From contig CAWAUV010000005.1 in assembly GCA_963785305.1 (NCBI GenBank), positions 448,001 to 512,000 of the forward strand: a DNA stretch of 64,000 bases. The letters are read 5' to 3'. Positions 20,863-30,752 of this stretch are shown piece by piece (positions within the stretch are counted from its first letter, which is position 1; each line of letters starts with the position of its first letter). The translations under genes were made by a program, and so were the position numbers. Under the pieces are notes generated by a model. That model was not told the origin of the DNA. It made no database searches and saw nothing but the letters and a program-made list of their open reading frames with translations. This DNA is from an uncultured Planctomycetaceae bacterium (lineage in GTDB: Bacteria; Planctomycetota; Planctomycetia; Pirellulales; PALSA-1355).

Positions 20863-22083
20863 TTACAACAGCCACGGCTCGCGGCGAGCACGGTCGCGAA
20901 GCCGATTCGCCTCTTCGTCGCCCGGGAACTCTTGCTTGGCCGAGTCCCATTTCAGCGAGCGCTTGAGCTGGTAAGCGATATTGCCCAGGTGGCTCACCAC
21001 CGCGGTGTTGACGGCCAGTTCGATATCGCGGAACGGCTTTTCGCGGGTCTTCACGCAGGTGACGAAGTCGCCGTAGATATCGCCGCCGCCCTTGTACATC
21101 GGCACCGCCTTGGCCGGCAGTTTTTCGCCGGGCGTGCCTTCGATCGCCAGATTCTCGGTCTTCGGGCGATTGTGATACAGAATCAGCCCGTTGGGATATT
21201 TGTAACTGAGGTACTTGGCGTCTTTCTCTTCGTGATATTCGACTTCTTGCGGTTGCAGTTCGCGGGCATCGCAAATGAAGAGCGCGCCGCCGAAGTGATG
21301 GGCGCCCCAGTCGGTCATGCCGCCGCCGGAATAATCGCTGAACGATCGCCAGCTATCGCCATTGATCGAAAAGCTGCCGCTGCAACGCTTGGGGTTGTAG
21401 GGTCCCCAGGGCGCGGGTCCGAGCCACATGTTCCAGTCGATCTTTTCCGCCATTTCCTCGGCCGGCAGATTGCAAAGCTGGGGGAGCGGATTCACGTTGA
21501 CGTTGATCGACTTGATTTTGCCAAACTCGCCCGCCCAGGCTGGATCGACATATTTGCGATAATCGCCCAGCACGCGCTGCGAACCACCCGAGAACACGCG
21601 GCCGTAGCGGCGTCCGGCGGCGACCATTTTCGGTCCTTCGGCCAGGGTGAGCGTTTCCGGTTTCTGGCAGTAAACGTCCTTGCCCTGCCGGCAAGCTTCG
21701 ATCGCGATGATCGCATGCCAGTGATCCGGCGTGGCGATATGCACGGCGTCGATATCGGCGCGGGCGAGCAACTCGCGGAAGTCGTCGTATACCTTGCAGT
21801 CGCTGTTGCCGTAGTGCTTGTCGACGTTTTCCTTGCCCTTGTTTCGCACTTCTTCGCGCACGTCGCACATGGCGACGTACTGCACGTCTTTCCGATTAAG
21901 GAAAGCGCCTTGATCGCCGCGGCCTTGATTGCCGATGCCGATGCCGGCCATCACAATCCGGTCGCTGGCGGGGGGGCGCTGGCTATCGCCGAGCGCCGTG
22001 GAGGAAATCACATAAGGCGCGGCGACGGCGGCGCTAGCCGTCTTCAGAAAGTCGCGGCGCGAGGATCGACGAGCATTGGCCAT
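20863..22083 (-). CDS. Tat-exported Gfo/Idh/MocA oxidoreductase
   Basis: SRRDFLK, GIGIGNQG, IATPDHWH, YCQKP, DWGAHH. Confidence 0.93.
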   Translation of the reverse strand: MANARRSSRRDFLKTASAAVAAPYVISSTALGDSQRPPASDRIVMAGIGIGNQGRGDQGAFLNRKDVQYVAMCDVREEVRNKGKENVDKHYGNSDCKVYDDFRELLARADIDAVHIATPDHWHAIIAIEACRQGKDVYCQKPETLTLAEGPKMVAAGRRYGRVFSGGSQRVLGDYRKYVDPAWAGEFGKIKSINVNVNPLPQLCNLPAEEMAEKIDWNMWLGPAPWGPYNPKRCSGSFSINGDSWRSFSDYSGGGMTDWGAHHFGGALFICDARELQPQEVEYHEEKDAKYLSYKYPNGLILYHNRPKTENLAIEGTPGEKLPAKAVPMYKGGGDIYGDFVTCVKTREKPFRDIELAVNTAVVSHLGNIAYQLKRSLKWDSAKQEFPGDEEANRLRDRARREPWLL

Positions 22084-22374
22084 GGCATGGGTCTCTCTGG
22101 GATTGCGGGGAAGCGCACGGCGCGGCGGCGCGTTCATTTGGGCCACGCGCTGCCGTCACGTAAAAAAATCGAGCCGCCGCGGGCCACGAGCAAGCGCTGC
22201 TCGCTTGTTCCCGCGCGGCGCGGGGCAAGGGTGGATTTTCATCGGGCCGGCGGCCAATGTCAAATCGCCGGAACGTTGAACCCGTTATTTTTGCCCGCGG
22301 GGACGGAGCTAGGGGCCCAGAGATGGGGGGCCTAAACAGCAACGCCGCAGCCGGTTTTCGCCGCCAACGCTTGT

Positions 22375-23517
22375 TTACTTGCTCTTAGCGGCGCCGGCGC
22401 TCTTGGCCGGGCCGGCGTCCTTGGGCGAGCTGGCCCCGGCTAGCGCTTGTTCGATCTGCGGCCCCAGGTTTTCACCCCGGGCCGAAATCGAGACCACATC
22501 GCCCTGCTTGTCTACTAGAAAAGTCGACGGAATACCGAAGATGCCATAGTGATCGGCCAGCGATGGCTTGGCCGGGTCGGTCGATTCGTCGCGCAGCGTG
22601 ACCCAGGGCGGCTTTTCCTGCGACAAGAATTCCACGAGCGCGTCGCGGTCTTCGTCGATGCTCACACCGACCACGTCGAAGCCCTGGTCGTGGTATTTGT
22701 CGTAATTCGCGCGAATGTTGGGCAATTCCTTGCGACAGGGTCCGCACCAAGTGGCCCATACATCGACCAGCACCACCTTGCCGCGGTACTTGGCCCAGTC
22801 AAAGGGTTTGCCATCGACCGTGTGGCCCGAGATTTCAAAGGGCTTGCCGACCGCGCTGAGCCGCCGGGCGGCGCCCTCGAATTTTTTCCCGATCTCGTTG
22901 AGCGTGGCATTGTCGCCGCCGGCAAGCGCCTTGCCAAAATCGGCGTAGGCTTCGGCGGCCAACTCACGGTTTCCGCCGTATTCCAGATTCGTCGCCAGCG
23001 ACATCGCCAGCCGCACCTCGTTTTGATCGAGCGCGCCCGAGCGGAGCGACTTGCTCACGGTGTCGACCAGCTCTTTTTGTTCCTTGGTATCGAGATTTTC
23101 GATATCGTTGATCTTGAGATTGAGCAGAATGGCCCGGGCCTGCTTGGCGAAATTCGATTCGGGATCTTTTTCAAGCGTCAGGATTTTCTTGGCCGCGGCT
23201 TCGACCGCCGCGGGCGCTTTCGCTTGATATTCGGCCGCTTCATCGCGCGTGGTCGGGTCATACGCGGCAACTCGCTGAATAAACGCGACCAGGGTTTTCA
23301 CATCGTCGCCCGGCGGAAGGTCATACATGCTTGCCGCGGCCGGCTTCGAATCCGACGGTTTTTCCGCCGCGACGGGGCTCGCCGGGGCTGGGGTCGCGGG
23401 CTTGGCCTTCGCGGCCGGTTTGTCGGCGGCCCGAAGACCGACTGTGGCGAGCGTGGTCAGGCAGGCGATCACCGCGAGGGAGATCAAGACGAGTCGATAT
23501 GATTTCATGCGGTGCAT
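22375..23517 (-). CDS. Secreted TlpA-family thioredoxin-like protein
   Basis: Signal peptide; GKVVLVDVWATWCGPCRKELP. Confidence 0.9.
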   Translation of the reverse strand: MHRMKSYRLVLISLAVIACLTTLATVGLRAADKPAAKAKPATPAPASPVAAEKPSDSKPAAASMYDLPPGDDVKTLVAFIQRVAAYDPTTRDEAAEYQAKAPAAVEAAAKKILTLEKDPESNFAKQARAILLNLKINDIENLDTKEQKELVDTVSKSLRSGALDQNEVRLAMSLATNLEYGGNRELAAEAYADFGKALAGGDNATLNEIGKKFEGAARRLSAVGKPFEISGHTVDGKPFDWAKYRGKVVLVDVWATWCGPCRKELPNIRANYDKYHDQGFDVVGVSIDEDRDALVEFLSQEKPPWVTLRDESTDPAKPSLADHYGIFGIPSTFLVDKQGDVVSISARGENLGPQIEQALAGASSPKDAGPAKSAGAAKSK

Positions 23518-23704
23518 TCTCCCGGCGAACAACAAGTGGAGCGTGAGGTGGTTTGCGTGCCCGGCGCGGCGACCGAAGGCCAAGCCGATGCTCAAAGCCT
23601 ACGCCGATTCGAGGCCGCGGGCAACCCGCTTCGCCGCCATATTCAAGCGTGAATGCGGAAAACCGCGAAACGCGCTAACCGACTGCCCGCGGACACAGGG
23701 TGAA

Positions 23705-25771
23705 TCAGCCGATCACGACGCGCGGATGCCGGCTCGAATTCGGCTCCGCCTTGCGGATCAATTCGCGGACCCGCCACGGGACATTGCCTTCGCCAAACAG
23801 AAAGAAGCCGATCGCGGCCGAAAGTGGGTTTTCGTCGGACCAGCCGAAATGAATTTCGGGGGGATCGCCAAACCGCGACAGCTCGAGCGCGATCGTCGCC
23901 AACACATGGGCAATCAACGCGCATCGCTCCACCTTGATGATGAACCGCCCTTCTTCCTCGTAAATCCGCATTACGGGGCTATGCTGGAAATCGCTCGGGT
24001 CGCCGAGCTGCGCTTCGACAAAAATAATCGGCACTTCAAGCGGCAACCGATGCCGCTCTCGAATGCTCGCCTCTTTGTCTTCCAAGCGGCGCCGGCCCGG
24101 CCGATGCGGCACGAGCACCGGAAAGTCCATGATCTTGAGCGAGTCCCAAAGGAACTGCGATTGCGAATCGGCGAATTCGAAGCGGTTGAACCGCAGCTCG
24201 GTGCTCCGCTTGATGCGCGAGAAAAACGATGACGCCAAGATGGCGAGAATGAAAAAGCTGGCGATTCTCAGGCCATCGGGCCGCTCGATCATGTTGGCGC
24301 CGGTCGTGTAAATGAACACGGCCGCGATCATCGCGTAGCCCCAAGGCAGCCGCCAAGCCCAGTGCCCCTGGCGATGGCGAAAGATATCGATCACCGTCGC
24401 CACGGCCGCGCTGCTCATCAACACGAGCACTCCGGTGGCATAGGCCCCGCCTTGCGCCTCGACATTGGCGTCGAACCATATCGTGACAATCAGATTGACC
24501 ACGGTGAACAGCACCGTGAGCGGCCGCACCGCGCCGGCCCATTCGGGCGCCATGCCATAGCGCGGTAAATACTGCGGCACCAAATTCAGCAGGCCCGCCA
24601 TGGCGCTCATGCCGGCAAAGGCCAGAATCACCACCGTGCTCACGTCGTAGATCGTGCCGAACCATTCGCCGAATATCGGATTCAAATTCAGATGGCTCTC
24701 GCCATGCGCGAGAAACGCGAGCGCTCGCGAAACCGCGGGGCCGCTGCCCTCGAGCTCCTCGGGCTGAATGCACGTGGCGGTGACAAAAGCCGATCCGAGC
24801 AGCCCGATCGACATGATCACGGCGGCCGTGGTGAGCAGCAGCCGCGTGTTGCGAATGCGTCCGGCCGGTCGCTGGGGATCGTCGCCGGGCGAACCCATGA
24901 TTAGCGGCATCACGGCCACGCCGGTTTCGAACCCGCTGAGCCCGAGCGCCAGTTTCGGGAAATAAAACAAGCTCAAGAGCGTGATCATGCCCCAACCATG
25001 GCTCGAAGGCTGCCCGCTCGCCAAGTGCCAGTTGCCGCTGGTGAGATGCTCGACCCACACATTGAACTGCGAGGGGTGTGCCACGAGATAGGCAATGCCC
25101 GATCCGATCACGATCACATTGAGCGTGAGATACACGCCCACGATCACCACGGCCAAGCCGATCACTTCCTTGAAGCCGCGCAAAAACAGGGCGCCCAAGA
25201 TCACCAGCAGTCCGACGGTGAGCATCATGCGCTGCGGACTTTCGCCCCAGGCCAGCACGAAGTCGGGCATTTGCCGAAACATCGGGTTGTGCATCACGTG
25301 CTCGGAGGCGTCGGCGGCCGAGAGAGTCATCGTGATCACGAAGTCGGTCGCCGCGAAGCCCAACAGGGCCAAAACGAGCGCCTTGCCCGACCAGCCTCGC
25401 ACCAGTCGCTCGAGCATGGCCACCGAGCCTTGGCCATGGGGCGAGCTCGACGCCACATGGCAATAGACCGGCAGCGCGCCGACCAGGGTGACGACGACCA
25501 GCACGATCGTGGCCAGCGGCGCCAGCACTCCGGCGGCGCTAAAGGCGATCGACGGCTGGTAGCCGAGCGTGCTGAAATAATCGACGCCCGTCAGGCACAT
25601 TACCCACAGCCAAAAACTGGCGTGGTGCGGATGCGCCGCGGTCGATTCGGTCGCATGAGGGCCCGATGGGTGGTCCTTTTGCGGACCGCTGGCCGCGGAA
25701 TCGGCGGGACCCGAGGCAGGATCGCCGGGCGTCGAGTCGCTGAGTGATATGCTTTGGTGCGATTCAGTCAC
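23705..25771 (-). CDS. APC-superfamily amino acid permease-like transporter
   Basis: WVMCLTGVDYFSTLGYQP, LGLSGFETGV, many transmembrane segments. Confidence 0.85.
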   Translation of the reverse strand: MTESHQSISLSDSTPGDPASGPADSAASGPQKDHPSGPHATESTAAHPHHASFWLWVMCLTGVDYFSTLGYQPSIAFSAAGVLAPLATIVLVVVTLVGALPVYCHVASSSPHGQGSVAMLERLVRGWSGKALVLALLGFAATDFVITMTLSAADASEHVMHNPMFRQMPDFVLAWGESPQRMMLTVGLLVILGALFLRGFKEVIGLAVVIVGVYLTLNVIVIGSGIAYLVAHPSQFNVWVEHLTSGNWHLASGQPSSHGWGMITLLSLFYFPKLALGLSGFETGVAVMPLIMGSPGDDPQRPAGRIRNTRLLLTTAAVIMSIGLLGSAFVTATCIQPEELEGSGPAVSRALAFLAHGESHLNLNPIFGEWFGTIYDVSTVVILAFAGMSAMAGLLNLVPQYLPRYGMAPEWAGAVRPLTVLFTVVNLIVTIWFDANVEAQGGAYATGVLVLMSSAAVATVIDIFRHRQGHWAWRLPWGYAMIAAVFIYTTGANMIERPDGLRIASFFILAILASSFFSRIKRSTELRFNRFEFADSQSQFLWDSLKIMDFPVLVPHRPGRRRLEDKEASIRERHRLPLEVPIIFVEAQLGDPSDFQHSPVMRIYEEEGRFIIKVERCALIAHVLATIALELSRFGDPPEIHFGWSDENPLSAAIGFFLFGEGNVPWRVRELIRKAEPNSSRHPRVVIG

Positions 25772-26112
25772 GTAAACTTATTAGACTCCCCTGGGACGCC
25801 GCCTCAACGGAATCTAATGCTCGGTAGCTTCCGATGCAAGCCTCCTAATCCGCGAGTTGCCGCATCGCCGCGCCGCGTTGGGCAAACGCCGCGTGGCGAT
25901 CGCCTCGGGAATCGCCCCGGCGGAAGCCAAGAAAAACCGCGAAGGGATTCCTTGCCAATGGGCGGTGAGCGGCTATAAAATAATCGTGTCCACTGGCGCG
26001 ACGCGACCGATTGCGATCGCATTGCGTCGTCTCTCGTTCAAGGAACAGTTCGGCGCTAGCCTTGCTTTGACGCTTGGGGTCGGCTTTCTCGGCGCCAGGA
26101 GCGCGTGCGACC

Positions 26113-26596
26113 ATGTCGGGGGCAGGATGGAATCTGGCGATTGCTTTGGGCTGCGCGGCGCTTGTGCTTGCGCCGTTGGTGGCGCTCGTTGCTTGGCGAC
26201 CGTACCGCATTCGCCGCAAAGAGGCCCAACTTGCCCGCGCGGCGCGACTTTCATCGCCTGCGCGAGCGGCTTGAAGCCAAGTTCTTCGCCTTGGCTTCGC
26301 GGGCCGGCAAACCGCGCGGCCTGGAATGGATATCCTGTGATTTCGAAGACCTCGTGGTCTATGCGCGTGATCGGCGCAGCGGCGAGCTCTCGGCGTTCGT
26401 GGGAGTGACGATCCAGTTCGCGGCGATCCCCGGCGGAGAAATGGAAGATGTGGCCGCGGCTGACGATCCGCGCGAGGCCACCGCGGTCTTCCGGCTCGAC
26501 GCGCGCTCGTGGAACACCGATGGCCGCGCGATCTTCAATTTGAATCCCGCCGAGGCCGTGCGCTACTTTCGCGAAAACCTCGAGCTGGTCCGCTAA
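26113..26596 (+). CDS. Hypothetical membrane-anchored protein (frameshift near 26240)
   Basis: N-terminal TM in one frame joins RERLEAKFF..GKPRGLEW..GRAIFNLNP in the next frame. Confidence 0.65.
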
Positions 26597-26638
26597 CGGA
26601 AAATGCGGCGCGGCAGCGCCTATCTCGCTCGACCAGCC

Positions 26639-27064
26639 TCACGCCAACTTGGCTTTGAGCTGGATCGGCACCGCCGAAAGGGCCTTCGAGATCGGGCAGT
26701 TCTCTTTCGCCTTTTTGGCGATCTCTTGAAATTCTTGCTCGCTCAAATCCGGAACTTCGCCCACGGTTTCCAGCTCGATGCCGATGATCGCGAAACCCTC
26801 GCCGACTTTGTCGAGCTTGACCTTGGCGGTGGTATGCACGCGCGTGGGAACATGGCCCGCCTCGGCCAGCATGTGCGAGAAAGCCATCGAGAAGCAGCCC
26901 GAATGCGCGGCGGCGATGAGCTCCTCGGGATTGGTTCCGGGGCCATCGGCAAACCGCGATTGAAATCCAAACCGACCTTCATAGGCGCCACTGCCGAGCT
27001 TGATCGAGCCATCGCCACGGGTCAAATCGCCTCGCCACTCGGCTTCGCTCTTGCGCGTGATCAT
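26639..27064 (-). CDS. osmC: OsmC peroxiredoxin
   Basis: GTNPEELIAAAHSGCFSM and AKENCPISKAL. Confidence 0.95.
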   Translation of the reverse strand: MITRKSEAEWRGDLTRGDGSIKLGSGAYEGRFGFQSRFADGPGTNPEELIAAAHSGCFSMAFSHMLAEAGHVPTRVHTTAKVKLDKVGEGFAIIGIELETVGEVPDLSEQEFQEIAKKAKENCPISKALSAVPIQLKAKLA

Positions 27065-27321
27065 GAGCAGACCTCCAGGAAAAAAGGCTCTCGCCAACGT
27101 CAGGGGTCGAACCAGCGAGAAAGCGCGACCATCGAATGGCCACCCGGTTCATTCATAACCCAAACGTCGGCGAGGTCGGGAAAGTTTCAACAACGGCCGC
27201 TGGAAAATCGCGGGCGCCCCGCGTTCGTCCCGAGCAGTATAGCGGGGCGGTCAAGCCGGCGCGGAGGCGGCTCGCGACGGAAGTCGACCGCGCCGTTTCG
27301 CGGCGATCGGGTCGTATAAAT

Positions 27322-27351
27322 AGAAACGCCCGGCGCGGGCCGGGCGTTTCT
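27322..27351. terminator. Strong hairpin, probable bidirectional terminator
   Basis: AGAAACGCCCGGC-GCGG-GCCGGGCGTTTCT with T-rich tails on both strands. Confidence 0.7.
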
Positions 27352-27538
27352 TTCTCGTCGGATTGAGCGGGACAAAGAGCGGCCATTCATCGACGCGGCG
27401 CCCATGCGCCAGCGCCTGTCTGCGCTGTTCTTCGCAAAAACGAAACGCGAAGCTCATAGCACCCGAGAGTGCGATCTTCACGATTCGTTGGCCTGTCGGG
27501 TCCTCTGACGGCAACCTGAGTCGCCAATTCAGTCGAAC

Positions 27539-27631
27539 CTAGCTCGACTTCTTCTTGCCCTTCTTCTTGCTCTTCTTCTTGGTCCCCTTCGCGGCCGGCG
27601 CGCTCTTCTTCTTCGATTTCTTCTTGGCCAC
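27539..27631 (-). CDS. 30-aa Lys-rich small protein (not in ORF track)
   Basis: GTG..TAG gives MAKKKSKKKSAPAAKGTKKKSKKKGKKKSS; GAGGAGA RBS 7 nt upstream; nearly all Lys codons are AAG. Confidence 0.75.
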   Translation of the reverse strand: MAKKKSKKKSAPAAKGTKKKSKKKGKKKSS

Positions 27632-27959
27632 CTTCGATTCTCCTCACAAGATACAGGCTCTCGATGTCCATGACGATCGGGCTGGGATCGATCGCACATC
27701 GACTCTTCGAGCCGCGAACCGAACACTTCGGGCCGCTCACGTCATGTAAGCGACACTTCGATTCGCTCGTGTCTCCGGTCATGCGTCACGCATGCGAAAG
27801 GCATGCACGACATGAACCGTTTTGAATATCCTACGCATCCGCAAGATTTCTGCAAGAACATTTTCATCTTTTTTCAATGCAATCGCGTCGATCGCGCAAG
27901 CGCGTGCGCCTTGATGCGCAGCCATCGCGCGAACATCGCGCTTCAACGTTCGCGATCGC

Positions 27960-28289
27960 TCATGTCTCGCGCGACCCAAGCGAAGCAAGCAGTTCCGACA
28001 TCTCGCCGGCCGCGTGCGCGTTGTTCTGAAGACGCGCCGCTTCGATGCCCAAACGCAATGTGGCGCGGGCATCGTCGATCCGATCGAGTCGCGTCATTTG
28101 CTGGGCCGACATGAAAAAAGCCGGCACATAGGGTGGCTCGTCGCGCATCAAACCTTCGAACAGCGCGAAGCTTTCGGCGTGGCGATTCTCTTTCGCCAAC
28201 TCCATCGCCAAGCTGTAACGCAGAAACGTGTCGCTCGGCTCGAGCGCGAGCATGGCTTCGATTTTCTCACGGCGCGAGGCGGGAACCAT
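27960..28289 (-). CDS. Small TPR protein
   Basis: EPSDTFLRYSLAMEL, PPYVPAFFM, GIEAAR..HAAGEM. Confidence 0.85.
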   Translation of the reverse strand: MVPASRREKIEAMLALEPSDTFLRYSLAMELAKENRHAESFALFEGLMRDEPPYVPAFFMSAQQMTRLDRIDDARATLRLGIEAARLQNNAHAAGEMSELLASLGSRET

Positions 28290-28369
28290 GCGATGGCTTT
28301 CGTGTGCGAGGAACAAATCCGCTCGGGCCGGACGGCCGGGAATGGCGGATCGTGGATCGAATCGCAGCT

Positions 28370-28975
28370 TCATGCGCCGACCGCGATCATGCCGCGCCTT
28401 TGCTCGTAGGCCGCGATCTTGTCGGCATGCTTCAAGGTAAGGCCGATATCGTCGAGCCCATGCAGCAGGCAATGACGGCGAAACGGCTCGACTTCGAATT
28501 CCTGGTCGAAGCCGGCGCCATCGCTCACCCTCCGCGTTTCGAGATCGATCGTGAGTCGATAATTGCCCTGGGCGGCGCGGGCAAACAGCGCGTCGACCAC
28601 GGATTCGTCGAAACGGATCGGGAGCATGCCGTTCTTAAAGCAGTTGTTGTAGAAAATGTCGGCGAAGCTAGGGGCGATGATCACGCGGAAGCCGTAATCA
28701 TCGAGCGCCCAGGGCGCATGCTCGCGGCTCGAGCCGCAGCCGAAATTTCGCCGCGCGAGCAACACGCTCGCCCCGGCCGCCGCCGGACGATTCAGCTCGA
28801 AGTCGGGGTTGGGGGCCTCGCCGTCTTCGAGAAAACGCCAATCGTAGAACAGAAACTGGCCGAAGCCGGTTCGTTCGATTCGCTTGAGAAACTGCTTGGG
28901 AATGATCTGATCGGTGTCGACATTGGCCCGGTCCATCGCGACGACGAGGCCCGTGTGGCGGATGAATGGTTGCAT
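28370..28975 (-). CDS. leuD: 3-isopropylmalate dehydratase small subunit
   Basis: [33 protein letters not shown]. Confidence 0.97.
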   Translation of the reverse strand: MQPFIRHTGLVVAMDRANVDTDQIIPKQFLKRIERTGFGQFLFYDWRFLEDGEAPNPDFELNRPAAAGASVLLARRNFGCGSSREHAPWALDDYGFRVIIAPSFADIFYNNCFKNGMLPIRFDESVVDALFARAAQGNYRLTIDLETRRVSDGAGFDQEFEVEPFRRHCLLHGLDDIGLTLKHADKIAAYEQRRGMIAVGA

Positions 28976-28977
28976 GG

Positions 28978-30395
28978 TCAGCTCTTGTACTCCCAGTTGC
29001 GAATGTCCACGAAATGTCCGGCGACGGCCGCGGCGGCGGCCATGGCCGGCGACACCAGATGCGTGCGTCCGCCCTTGCCTTGCCGGCCCTCGAAATTGCG
29101 ATTGCTGGTCGAGGCGCAGTGCTCGCCCGGCGAGAGCTTGTCGGGATTCATCGCCAGACACATGCTGCAACCGGCCTCGCGCCATTCGAAGCCGGCGGCG
29201 CGAAACACCGCGTCGAGCCCCTCGGCTTCGGCCTGCTTCTTCACTTGCCCGGAGCCCGGCACCACCATGGCGCCGACGCGCGAGGCGACGCGATAGCCCC
29301 GCACGACGGCGGCCGCCGCGCGCAAATCCTCGATCCGCGCATTCGTGCACGAGCCGATAAATACCCGGTCGAGCTCGATCGCCTCGATCTTCTGCCGCGG
29401 GGAGAGCGCCATGTAGTCGAGCGCGCTGGCGGCGCTCTTGCGATCGGCGTCGCTCGGCAACTCGCTGGGGTCGGGAACTTCGCCCGTGACCGACGCCACC
29501 TGGCCCGGATTGGTTCCCCAAGTCACTTGCGGGGTGACATCGGCCGCCGCGAACACCAGTGACTTGTCGTATCGGCGCCTGGGTCGCTGGGCAATTCTCG
29601 CCACTTGGACACCTGGGCCTCGAAATCCCGGGGGGCAAACTCGCGCCTGCGCAGGTAGTCGAATGTCTTTTCATCGGGAGCGATCATGCCGGCCCGGGCC
29701 CCCGCTTCGATCGACATATTGCAAACGGTCATTCGCTGCTCCATGCCGAGGGCGCGAATCGTGCCGCCGGTGTACTCGACGACATAGCCGGTGCCCCCGT
29801 CGGTCGTGATCTGGCCGATCAGATACAGGATCAGATCCTTGGCGGTCACTCCCGGCCGAAGGTCGCCTTCGACGCGAAGTTCGAGCGTCTTGGGCAATGC
29901 TTGAAGCAAGGTTTGCGTGGCGAGCACATGCTCGACCTCGCTGGTGCCGATGCCGAAGGCGAGCGCGCCAAAGGCGCCGTGCGTGGCGGTGTGGCTATCG
30001 CCGCAGACGATAATCATGCCCGGCTGCGTGAACCCGAGTTCCGGCCCGATGATATGCACGATGCCTTGCTTCGGATCGCCCAGATCGAAAATGCGAACGC
30101 CGAATTCGCGGCAATTCGCGCGGAGCGTGTCGATCTGCTGCTTCGAGACGAGGTCGGCGATCGGAAGACGCCGATCGGTGGTGGGCACATTGTGGTCGGG
30201 CACCGCCACGGTGAGCTCGGGGCGCCGCACGCGCCGACCGGCGAGCCGCAGCCCCTCGAAGGCTTGCGGGCTCGTGACTTCATGGACCAAATGCAGGTCG
30301 ACATAGAGAATTGCCTGCTTGCCGGGCTCCTGATAAACGACATGGGAGTCCCAGATTTTCTCGAACATCGTGCGCGGACGCGGTGCAGTGGTCAT
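28978..30395 (-). CDS. leuC: 3-isopropylmalate dehydratase large subunit (frameshift near 29570)
   Basis: [54 protein letters not shown]. Confidence 0.96.
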
Positions 30396-30752
30396 GGAAA
30401 ACGCTCGAACTTGCTTGGAAATGGAAAAAAATGTGGGGTGGATCTCGAAAAATGGGCGCCGACGTACCGCCCGGAGCGGCGAGAGCGGCGCGGGACCATG
30501 CATTATAGAACGAATCTCGCGAGAGTTTAACCACTAATTTCCCCGGCGCGACCGACCATGCGCCGCGTTCCGCTTCCAGACTTTATCCGTTCTCGCCATG
30601 TGGAGATTCGATTGAATTTGACAAGCCCCCCTCATGAGCACATGTTGGACACGGTAAACGCGCGGCGAACGTCGAAGGACGCTCGCTGATAAACCGCTCC
30701 GGGCGATTCATTTTCCGAAATTCGCAAGCTCCCCCGCAGTGTGAGACACTTC

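Noticed and set aside
20467..22335. Long antisense or alternative-frame ORFs (e.g. 20467-22335, 14451-15632, 16375-17706, 24036-25463)
   Set aside because: Shadow ORFs of well-supported genes in high-GC DNA; no recognisable motifs.
27803..28114. 103-aa plus-strand ORF upstream of the Lys-rich gene
   Set aside because: It overlaps the TPR gene antisense, has atypical composition, and coincides with the likely promoter region.
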